A DNA stretch of 64,000 nt. Source: Epiperipatus broadwayi (taxonomy: Eukaryota > Animalia > Onychophora). How positions within the stretch are numbered: the stretch's first letter is position 1; each line of letters opens with the position of its first letter. Positions 52,721 through 64,000 of the stretch are shown in pieces. The position numbers were made by a program, and so were the translations under genes. The stretch is taken from the NCBI GenBank assembly GCA_028023455.1, contig JAQFVV010000002.1, positions 23,746,001 through 23,810,000 of the forward strand, in the 5' to 3' direction. The notes under the pieces were generated by a model that saw only the letters and a list, made by a program, of their open reading frames with translations, was not told where the DNA came from and searched no databases.

Positions 52721-53299
52721 TCGTAATTTGGTGATCCAGACATGTTAGCATCTTAACATTTTTGTGATGTATAGCTAAATTACATTTATACATGTTGATT
52801 TACAAATGATATTGTGGACAGCTTAAAGAGAGAACTAGTCTCCTTTTAGCTACGAAATATATTACATTCTTATATATAAAATTGAATCTTAGAAAGGTTT
52901 TTGTTTGAATTTATTAAGTAAATCCTTTATATATATATATAAAACAATCAAATAAAATAATGATAAAACCAGAATTACCTAACTGAAACGAATATTAAAA
53001 AAAAGTTAAAAACTTATCTTTATAAAGGACAAAGAATTGTTTTGATTTGATATGGTTTCATGACAAAGAATTATTAGAAATGTAATAATGTCTCTTATAA
53101 ATGGTCTAAATACGGAATTGTATAGGTAGTTTTCGTCACAATCTTAGTCAATGCTTTTACTTAACAAAGAAATTCCAAACATTTATTTAAGTTAAAATGA
53201 AAATCATGAAAACAGAAAATCTATATTTATTTAATGTAAATAAAAATTTAAAAACAAACTGTTTTATATGTAAAAAAAAATTGCATACGACTTTATTGC

Positions 53300-53400
53300 T
53301 TAGGAGTTCATAAGAATAGATCTTGGGACCTCCCGAGCTCAAGTCAAACTACCAACTACGCCAAACCGCGTAAGGCACATATTAAAATGCACGAGTCACA
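53300..53400 (-). mobile_element. tRNA-derived SINE fragment
   Basis: Minus strand TGGCGTAGTTGGTAG is an A box. The 3' part TTCTTATGAACTCC is shared with 39462-39480. Confidence 0.45.
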
Positions 53401-53829
53401 ATAAGATTTTTCTTTTTATACACGCGTGAACACACACACACTCAAGAAAGCTCTCTTTGAATAAACGCATGATAAAGATGCTTAATCATTACTGGGAATT
53501 AGTTTGTCTATTGATAATGTTTATATGCTTTCTGGTAGCAGAATAATATTCCAATGCTTAATTTAAAAGATATATTAAAAAAGTAAAACAGCTTATAGTT
53601 TGGGAAGTCATAAGATGTTGGAGCCATTTGAGCGGAGGCCCATGGAGTTTTAACCATTGAGTCCACTACCCAACAATTCCATTTAACAATGCAAATCTAT
53701 CTAAAAGAAAAACAGTTAGCATAGTGACAGGTGATATTAACTTGAACAATTCACGTTCAATTTAATAAAGCATAAACTAAGACCAAGAGAGCAAAGGTTT
53801 AAGTAACTGTCATCATAATATTCTCAAAG

Positions 53830-54300
53830 AAATTGATTAATGGAAAAACCTTATTTACTGAATTGACATTTGCATCGTCATCATTTTCAACCATTATTGA
53901 CTCACTTCAGGATAAAGGACATCTTTTCAAGTTTAATCCAGTTTTTCTTATCTCTAACCTCTTTTCTCCATATCATATTAGCAAACTTCTTTATTTCATC
54001 CATCCATCTCACAGGTAATCTCTTTGTAGATCTTTTACAATCTCTTGAGATCCAGTTTAAAATTTCAACCATTCATCTTTTCTAGCAATATGTCCAGCCC
54101 ATCTCCATTTCATTTTTTAATTCTTTCAATAATGTTAGTAATAAATATCTGTTTGTTCTCTCAGTCATGTATCTCATTTTTGATCCCTTCTTGACACTCA
54201 TAACATACATTTCTCTGTACATTTTTGAATGATCAGAAGTTTCTGCATTGTTTTGCCCAAGTCTCAGATGCATAAGTAAGAAATGGGAAAACATTTGTCT
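53830..54300 (-). mobile_element. RTE-clade LINE 3' remnant
   Basis: MRYMTERTNRYLLLTLLKELK.. then W-A-G-H-I-A-R and ..DMEKRLEIRKTG, the RTE C-terminus. Confidence 0.7.
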
Positions 54301-55009
54301 ATATGTCAGTAAATATAAAACTCCTTGTAATATTTTTATTTCTAAATGAAATAGCCTTTTAAATTTTTTTCAGAGAGTTCTGCTAATACTATTTTGTTTA
54401 TACTTTAGAATATATATCAAATGAAAGGTAAACGAAGTATCTTAATTTATTAATAATAATAACCAACATTTATACATATATTGATCATCATTACACCCCC
54501 CCCCCAAGTCTCCTTCAAATTTCGTTTATCTTAATGTCATCCATCACTTAGGTTAGATTAGAGTCAGGTATTGTAAGCCTCTCATGCTATTATTTATCTC
54601 CCTGCCTAAATGGTGACAATAGAATGGTACAGCCATTTTTCCATCCTCCAATTTTTTACACACATAACTATACTGAATATTTTCTTTCTTTTTTTTTTTC
54701 TTGGTTTTTGAATTTTTATTGTATATTCCTTTTTTTTAAAATATTATTATTATCAAATATTAAATAGCCATATTCATTAAAAAAGTATTTGCTAACGATT
54801 TATAATGTTCACTTGTGTTACAAAACATAAAATTCTCTCCAAGTTTAATCCAGTTTTTCTAATCTATAGCTTTACTTCTCCACATCATTCTAGAAAACTT
54901 CTCTATTAGATATAAGCGATTAAAGGTGCATGTTAAAAAAAGATTGAAAATTGTTTACTAGAAAGCAAAATATATAAACTCCCTCAGGATGGGATTTTTT
55001 AATACAGTT

Positions 55010-55163
55010 AATGTAATCCATTAACTATGCTTTCAATATATTGTAAGCGATATCATAATCATAGCGATATCTGCAAAGTCTAGAGAAGGGAACTTCGCAG
55101 ACATATTGCTATGACTACGATATTGCTTACAAGATATTGAAAGCATGGTTAATGGATTACATT
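55010..55163. repeat. Near-palindromic MITE-like hairpin (~70-bp arms, 12-nt spacer)
   Basis: AATGTAATCCATTAACTATGCTTTCAATAT..CTGCAAAGT-CTAGAGAAGGGA-ACTTCGCAG..ATATTGAAAGCATGGTTAATGGATTACATT. Several mismatches are CpG-type. Confidence 0.85.
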
Positions 55164-55329
55164 AGGTATATAAAAAAATCACATGTTAAGAGAGTGCATA
55201 TATCTCGCTTCCCAACACACAATTTCAAGTTTTTTTTAACTTGCACCTCCAAGCACTTATATCTAATAACAAATGCATAAGGAAAGTTAAAAACTCATAT
55301 GGAATTACAAAACCTCTATGTTATTCATC

Positions 55330-55760
55330 CATCCATCATTTCAAATATGGTTTCTTCCAAAACCTTAGGATCTAATTTGAGATTTAGATTATCCATATAG
55401 TATTATCTCTTCTAGCAGTATGTCTAATCCAACTCCATTTTAGTCTCTTAATTGTTTCAGTGGTATGATATCTGTTCATTTTCTCAGTCATGTACTTAGC
55501 TTTAAAATTTCTTCTTAATATTTCCAGCACTTGCCTCTCTATATCCATAAGAAAATTCTGATAAAAACCTTCCATTTCAAGCACACAGACACATTTTGTT
55601 TTAATATCAAAGCAATCTTAAAAGAAATCCAGTACAATAGTAATAAAACATTGCAAACTAATTTTTTACATACAAATTTAGCAATAATACGATCAATCGT
55701 CCATCTGACAAGCTCATTATTAATATGGAAACCTGACCTCAAACTAGGTAGCAATTCCAG
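55330..55760 (-). mobile_element. RTE-clade LINE 3' remnant
   Basis: ORF 55384-55584 ends KYMTEKMNRYHTTETIKRLKWSWIRHTARRDNTIW. Same family as the 27.4 and 53.8 kb remnants. Confidence 0.75.
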
Positions 55761-58700
55761 ATTGCAAAAAAAAAAAAAAATCTGTAAAAAGCCTCATAGA
55801 AGCAGCTGACAGATTTTCACATTAGAATCTCAGTCATCTTTTGCATCTCTGTACAAAGAAGGAAGAAAATATTACAGTAAAGAATACACTATTTTCTATC
55901 TAATTAAAAAAGTTAAATCAGAATTACCACAAAGGACAGATTATATACCCCTAATTTCTTGAAATAGTAGAATTTCATTAAATATTATATGTGTAGCACC
56001 TATAATCTCAATGTAGCATTAACATACCCTGTTTTAGACTTGAACCACAACAAAAATTGGAAGGTAAGATTAAACCAAAACTAGGATATTCCACATTTAA
56101 AAGTTTTATATTCAAGACTATCTTGTTGCAGTTGACATTAGAGGAGAGGCTCTTTAATTGAAAAGCACCAAATTTATTAAATGAGCAACTTATTAAACCG
56201 AATGGGAACATTATTTAGTCTGACAGTACAAAATATTTGTGAGCTCTCTAAATTAAAGATAACGAAAGTTTAGAGATTAATATATAGGGGAGATCTGCCT
56301 GACCTAGGGAATCAATATAAAGATGTACAATTATTAAGCCCTAAACAACGAAACTAGTGCTTTGACTTAGTTTACAGAAACTATTTAAAACACAAACAAG
56401 TTATGACAACACTGGAAGTATTATATACTATTTTAATATGATTTTCTATGAATATGAAAAAGTAACATAGAAATATAAAAATCAAATAAATAAAAAAAAG
56501 AAGCAAATCTTGTTCAAATTTGACACAATTTCATCAATTATAGATAAAAAAATAAATGATTACCGTTGTTTATTAAAATACATTTATTGAACATACCAAT
56601 AAGATTAATAAAAATATATATTAATTTAGCATAGTAACAAAGCGCTAATTAAAAAAAGTTTCTTATTTAAATAGTGTAATATCACAATACTAAAGAATAT
56701 AACACTGAATACAAATAATACTGGGAGCTTTAATGTTCAATTCGCTCATTTCTTCATGGTTATTGGAAACCATGGAATTAAAAACGGAAAACAATCTGAT
56801 CTATTTATGCATTTCACATGGGCTGCATTGAACACTAAAGCCTATATTATTTATTATCATATGTATGTGCACGCATATAAATGTAGTTGGTGGAGTTATA
56901 GATCATCTAGACTTATGTGTGGATGAAATGTTATACAGTATAAACAGAAAATTTTGTTTGTTCTCTTATAGTAATACATGGATATAAAACCACTTGAAAT
57001 ACATATAATTATTTGGAAAACAGTACTTTAATGCGATATATATTTAAAAAAAAACAACAACATTTTTATGAAATTGGTATTTATTTGCTTGTTTTAAAAA
57101 ATGACAATTTCAAAAGAAATGTCAAAGAACTTCCTATACCATTTTTTTAATTTATTTATTGCAGATTAAAGATCTACAAGAAATTAAAAAATAAAATTAG
57201 ACTGAGAGTTTTTCTATTCCCACTTACTTCAGTTTATTTAGAAACAGTTGTAATAAGTTCATGATTTACTCTGGAGAATTGGAGATTTCCTATGAAACTA
57301 TATATGCAGTGAATTAATAATTTATAAGATAATCACTTGATTGCCTTTATTTTAGCACTCTAGCTGAATCATGTGGTTTGCAGAAAGATCAGTCAAATAT
57401 GGATTAAATTTCAGAAATGGTAATAAGTAAATCTTTTATAAATAAGTAAAAATTAAAATGTTTACATGATATACATAAAAGTTCAGAAATTGATTTGATA
57501 AAAAATTTGAAAATTACAAATCTTTATGTACTCCCAAAATTAAACTCAAAATATTTAATATATATACCAGGGAGTGCATTACCCAACCAAACTTGAAAAT
57601 TATTGGAAGATGAGATTTTATAATTTTTTATTCTTGTGTTACGGATTAACTAAAAATGATTAAATATCTATTTTCAGACCAATTATTGATGGGTAATTAG
57701 CCTACCAGAAAAACAAAAAAATTAAACCTGTTTGAAATATGAAAAAAAAAGAGTCAAATTTCACTAAAGCCAGATTCAAACTCATATGGCAGAAAGATCC
57801 CCTTACAATTTGTCCATAATTCTAGTACATATTATAACAATCAGGAGGGGATGAAAATGTTGAAAATAATTTAAAATAGATTATTACAAGAGAATCTAAA
57901 TATAGGTTAAGCGAATAGATTATAAGTCAACATCCTCATTTGTGATGATAATCAAACCAAATACTATTCAAATAAAGTTAAATACTTTATAAAATATTGA
58001 TATATTTCATAATCATAATCAGCACTCTTTAAAAAATAATAAATAGAAATAAAAATAATATTGAGAAAGGATCTAATCTTTGAAGGATAGATTTTATTTA
58101 TGTTTTAAAGCAACTTTATTAAGTCACTAAAGTATGATCACTCTGTGCAGGGACCATATTCTGTTGCCTGCAGCAGTGGTCCATAGAGGCTACAATGATA
58201 CATTGATATTCTATAACTGGTGGTGCAAAGCAATACAACCGTCTTATACAGTAGATTAGGTATTACAGGTATAAAAAAAAAACCATTCCAAGCACAAACA
58301 TCAATAAAAAAACACCAAAAAGGGGGGGGGGGAGGACATGAATTATCACAGATCAAATGTCAGTCAATTAAGGGGGTGCTATGTCCATTCGAGGCAAAGT
58401 CCATGTGGGACAACCCATCTGGCAAGTCCCCAAGAAGCCCCTCCAGACCCCATCCATGACCGTCAGCCAGAACTTAGTTTGGCGAGAAACCAGACCCATT
58501 TCTTGGACAAGGTTAAACTGCTTCGGCTCCTGCCATAAGTGGGTTACAATTTATCTGGGTGTGACATTGGTTCAGCATGTCCAGAACACCAACCGAATCA
58601 GAGAGGGTCACGAGAGCATTGCCAAATCATCCCTAAACCTGGGTGTGGTGATGATCACTGACTGATCCTGCCAATCAACAAATCCTTCATGGCCATTGCC

Positions 58701-61700
58701 TCTACCCTTGAGACAGAATTCAGGCAAAACCTAAAAAAGAAAAAAAAATCCAATGATTAAACTCATGGTCCCATTAGGTCCTCAGGATTCACAATCCAGT
58801 TCATATTATATAACCTTGTTCTGAACTAAATTGTGATAAAATTTCAATTATGATTCTGCTTTACTGATCCTATTGATTCTTCTAATCCAAGTTGAATTCT
58901 AATTCTCAATTCTTAATTAAAGTTCCAATTATCAGGATGTTGAACACTATCTCTTTTATATAGAAGACTACCATGCCAATTTAGATTCAAATCCTTTCTA
59001 GGACTTATTACATCTTAACCATTTAGTACTGATTTCAAACTCCTAAAAGCAAAGACTTTAAATAACCAATGCAAGTTTAAATCTATTCTAGGTCTTATTA
59101 AATCTAAATCAATTAACTCATGAAAACAAATACTTTTAAATATAACATAAAAAAAAGTGGCTATTCTAATTTAGTAATTACCTTAACAATCAAAACTTAC
59201 TGGATGTGAGAATGAGAATTAAATATGCTGTGTTTTAATTTAGCAACAGATTTATCTACAACAATCAATATTACAAAACAAATAGAGATGACAACAATAC
59301 TTTCATCACACATATCAATAATAATGTATTAAAATATTATTTTCTATGCCCCATTTTCCCTGTGAGCTTATATTTAAGAAATATATTTTCCAGAATTGCC
59401 TGAACAATGATCAGATTCTAAAAGATTTCCCCTTCATATACATTTACCATTTGGGAAAATAATAAATAAAAATATTTATGTATTATAAAAAAAAGAAAAA
59501 AAATATTTACAAAGATAAATACTGGAAAATAAATTTCTTTTCCCCATTAGAATGAAAAAAATGTTTCTTATCTGTATTATTTATTGTATGAACATATATG
59601 TAATCAAAGTTCTTAGGCACAGCATTATGAATTAATATTAACTGTTCTTTACATTCTGACAAGGACAGCTTTTTTCACATTTTACAGATACAATCTAGGA
59701 TTTACTTGAATTGCAGTTTCAAATGAGGCCAAAAGTTAGTTTTCTTCAATTTATTTGAGTAATAGTGACCACATATGTTTTAAAACTTGATCTTCACTGA
59801 GTTATGCAACATTAGAGAGTTTTCACATTAGGTTAACATATTTTCCAATGATGGTGAGCCATTGACTATACTCAAACTTCAAGCTAGGATAAAACAGACA
59901 ATTCCTGTATACTTAAAAATTCTGCTTGTGTTGATAACTGGCTGAACTGGCTTGATTTGTATGAGAGTTCATCTCGTAAAAGCAAATGATGTGGTTTCAT
60001 CTAGCTTAATTCACTACTCTGGTTGCTTTTCTTTCCAAAATCTTTTATTACTTTATATATCTCTTAATTCAGGAGCTAATTAGGCAGACTTTTTCAAAAC
60101 ATATTTTAGAAGCTTTTAACCTATTGTTAGCTTTAATTATTTCTTGTTTATTTTGAGAAAAATTTTAATTGCTTGATTAATTAATGTTTTTAGGAAAAAA
60201 AAAGACTTCAAATATTACATTTTTCTAACGTGCAACATATATGATTGCAAATATGGCAATCTTTTCATACAAATTTTCTACAAAAAAATATATTACCACA
60301 ATTTATTACTATTATCACCAGTTCAGTATTTTTGATATGAAATATTTAATACTTACAATTTGGACTGACCAAACTTACTTCCACAACTTGTAAATGTGTA
60401 TTCCCCTCTCCATCAAATCGTAGAAGTGATTAATGCAATCATAACTGCTTTAGAATGTATATTATAGTAAATGATTTTTAATACTTTGTTATTTCATTCA
60501 CTTTATTAAAATAAATGGCTATTTAAACTTCACCAAAATATATGTTTAGACACACATACTTTTCATTTCTTAATTAAACAACCATTTATTTCATTTATCC
60601 CAGTCTATTAATTTCTTTAACAGCATGAAATAATATTGTTCTATTTATCCAATGCCATCTTACTTATTTCTACTATTTCTTGATGTAAGGCTTTAATAAC
60701 TTGATCTACAGTCACCACAATATATAAAATAAAGCAAAATACTATTTTCTATCTAGGCATTCTAAAAATAGCATTCACAATAAAATAAAAAAGGTTTTTA
60801 ATAATAAACCATATTATCTTACATAAGTTACCTTCATTCCAGAAGTACTTAGTATCAAAAAATGAAAGACTATTTTTCAAAAGTTTATAATAATTATTAA
60901 AAGTCTTTTCTTATACTTAGTTGTAGAATTCTCTAAGCACAGCATCTTGCCCAATAATGAAAAGCAAACTAAGTAAATTGTAAATACAAAAGACTGCCAT
61001 TTATGTTTACTAAAATCTAATAATGATATTATTTATCAGCTCAGAAATATAAATTCATACATAATGTAATACATATATACGGATAAGAATGGCAAACTTC
61101 TAGAACAATAATAAATCTCCCTCCCCCTCCACACTTTTTATTCCTAAAATATTTTTTCTCTTTTGTACTTCCAAGAGGACCAAAAAGACATTCAAGATTC
61201 TTCAGGTTATTTGCATTAAAAAGTTCTAGAGTTTTTCGTATTCCTTATTCAATATACTTGTTTTTATTCATTATTATCAATATAATTTTGCCCTGTTCGG
61301 TTTAATTCCAAAGTCCTGCATTGATGCTCAAAGATCGCACGACCCCCCAACTGATGGATCAATTATCAAGTATTTTAATTTTAAACAGCAGCGACGGATT
61401 TTAATGGCTATTCGACAATATACTGGTTAAATATGAAACCTACTTATATATACATAGTTTAAATTGCAACTTACATAGAATATCTAAGGTTTCATTATTT
61501 TTGTAAAATTTTTTTCACTTATCTGTAAATTAATTACATTTTCATTTGAATGATTATTTCAATTAAAAAAAAAAGTATAATAAACTTTAAATAAGAATAA
61601 TTAAGCGCAAGAAATTAGTAATTTTTGGTTTTTATTTTACGCATTTTTAAAATAATAATTTCTTTTCAAATTTTCAGAATGAAGATTATTTTACAAATTT

Positions 61701-62949
61701 GTGATAAGCAAACTTAAACAAACAATAAAATAGATAATCAGTTGTTATTTCTAACATAATAAAATCAATAGATTCACAGTTTAGAAATCATAAAAGTGAA
61801 CTTCGATGAATAATAAAGGCTTCATTAAGACAACCAAGAGCGTCACTTTTAATAATTTCATGGAAGAGTTAAAAAAAAAAAATAATAATCAAATCTTCCC
61901 AGTTGATTATTTTTATAGCCCCCACCGCCAAACTAAAATTTAATACGATTAGGCTTTCAAAGGCAATAAAAACAAATCTAGATAATTACTCTATAGAGAT
62001 TATCAAAAAATTTATTTGGAATAAATAAAAATATCTTATTATGTATATAACGAATTTAATGTACGTTAAGTTCTGAACAATAAGGCAGGAGGAAGTACCT
62101 AAGCGATAACGAATTATTACCAAATACTAACACTTGCTAACCTATGGGGATAGTTTGTCATCGCTTGCTACCTTCTTAACATAATTTATTCTAGTATCTT
62201 AAATCTGGAATTCTATCATAAAATAATCAAGATAAGTCCAATAGAATAGCTAATTAAACAATTTTCAGAAGCACTAACATTCTTTTAATGTTACTGTCTT
62301 TAAATAGTTCATTGAAGGTCAAAGATTTTCCCAACAGCTAAGAACTGGATAATTCATTAACTTATCACTTACCAATCAATAACTTACCAATCAATAACTA
62401 CTTACCAATCAATAACTGAATGGTTAAATCAATTTGCAAACTTAAAAAATCAAGTTTTATCTGAATTTGAACCCAGTTCATGAACAAGGATAAGCAGGTG
62501 TATTATATAACTTCCATGATGTAACATTATTTTCAAGAGTTGGGCTGACAATGGAATATTTTATATGTTATTATTTAACTTTCGGAATGTTTATGTATAA
62601 ATATCAATAAAACAAACAAAATTAATAAATCTAATAAAAATATTATTCTATCAAAATAAGACTATAGGAAGTTAGCAAATATTATAAAAATTAATAAAAA
62701 AACATTTATTATTTAAAATAACACTAGTTTTTAAAGAAATAAATTGCAGATAACCAAAGAGATCATTTACACAGGAGGATATTAATAAACTAATGTAGAT
62801 GAATAAAAATAAAATCTTTCAACGTCCATTTTTATTTCTCCATTAAGATGCATAATCATCACAATTTTAAAATAACTCAGTAAATCAATGTAAGGCTATT
62901 TTGCTCACGATACAATGGAATTGAACATTCAAAATACACAAAATGTTAC

Positions 62950-63400
62950 AAAATACTGTAACACCTTATTACAAAATCAACGTAAAGAAGAGTAAAAAAT
63001 ACAAATGATAATCTTTCAGGTAGCCATCTTTATTAGCAATATAAATTTTTAAAACTTGCTTTGGGAATGGAATTCAATAGTTTCTCAAACACAAATTCTG
63101 GACCATATAATTAATAACAATTTGATTTATGAAGCGACTGGAATATCAATGTGACAAAACAAACCATATAGTTAACGACTGTTGAATCCATGGCAAAAGT
63201 GGCAGAATGGAATAACTTAATAAAGTAAGTTAGTGAATCTATCACCATATTGAAATCACTACAAGTGCATTTATTATATTTTGTTAAGAATTAAACTAAA
63301 TCCGTAAATAAATAATGGCAGAAATAAAAGATTTAATGAAATCGTGAATGATATTCTCACATTAAAACAATATGCTAAATAAACAAATCCACAAATTTTT
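62950..63400 (+). mobile_element. Possible decayed LINE RT fragment
   Basis: QILDHIINNNLIYE resembles the I..HL..NNLL...Q region preceding RT motif 3. Heavily degraded. Confidence 0.3.
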
Positions 63401-64000
63401 CTACAACACTTAATCATTAAGCCAAAGATAAAATCACATACTCTAAAGATAAAAAATATATCAGAAGATTAATGATTTTCCAAATTGTCTCAATACCTTT
63501 GCAAATCCAATGATATATAAAATGCAAAAGAAAAAAAATCTGTGTCAATCTTGCAGGACCATAATTAATTGTTCAAATCTGATGGAGAAAATTTTTAATC
63601 ATTTGCACATAGTTTGCACCAAAAATATATAACTCTTGAAACTATGTTATTGATTTAATGTATTACTACCATTATTTTCTTTTAAAACCTTATTTTGTCT
63701 CATAAAAACTCATCAACTTTGTACACAGATTTTATATTCTTTATATTTCAATCATGTTATATATACAATGTAGTGCTTCATAGCCCTAATCCAACATTTG
63801 ATTTCTTTATATGCATTGTTCGTATACCATATTTATATGTATTCATTGAGACTATATTATTCAGCTAATTTTATGCTGTCATTGATTTCTCTTGTATCTA
63901 CTCTAAAATGTGAATAAAATTTTGATTTTTGAAAGTAAAAATCAAAAACCTGATCTTGAGTTGACTAAAAGGATTGTGAAATTTACTGTGTGAGCAGAAC

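Noticed and set aside
12470-53720. tRNA-like segments (e.g. 12.5, 16.3, 27.8, 36.9, 38.0, 53.4, 53.7 kb) as tRNA genes
   Set aside because: Only A- or B-box remnants are present, with no complete cloverleaf. Treated as SINE relics.
62387-62417. Three copies of ACTTACCAATCAATA starting near 62368
   Set aside because: Ordinary slippage microduplication with no further structure.

Overview
Very AT-rich eukaryotic, probably invertebrate, genomic DNA (roughly three-quarters A+T by eye). It is mostly intronic or intergenic sequence filled with decayed transposons. The only host gene segment I can support is one 134-nt minus-strand exon of the RNA polymerase III largest subunit (POLR3A/RPC1, 35942-36075). 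It ends in a textbook U12-type AT-AC donor (ATATCCTTTT). The main signal is a set of small non-coding elements carrying type I hammerhead ribozymes (HHRs). At least three families have recognisable HHRs, and there are several further decayed motifs. Family 1 has a 456-nt monomer and 4 insertions; family 3 has a ~465/496-nt monomer as a head-to-tail retrozyme-like repeat; family 2 has 2 copies. Many of these insertions share one architecture: a 9-15 bp target-site duplication, two 3' ends pointing outward around an internal inversion, and a 37-50 nt tail on one side only. This is the signature of Penelope-like element (PLE) retrotransposition, and several dead PLE RT/GIY-YIG copies lie among them. 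Most of the HHRs have a mismatch at the normally paired 10.1-11.1 position. Other content includes RTE and other LINE remnants, tRNA-derived SINEs, a Merlin-like and a Tc1/mariner-type MITE, and a mariner fragment. All calls were made by eye without alignment or folding software.
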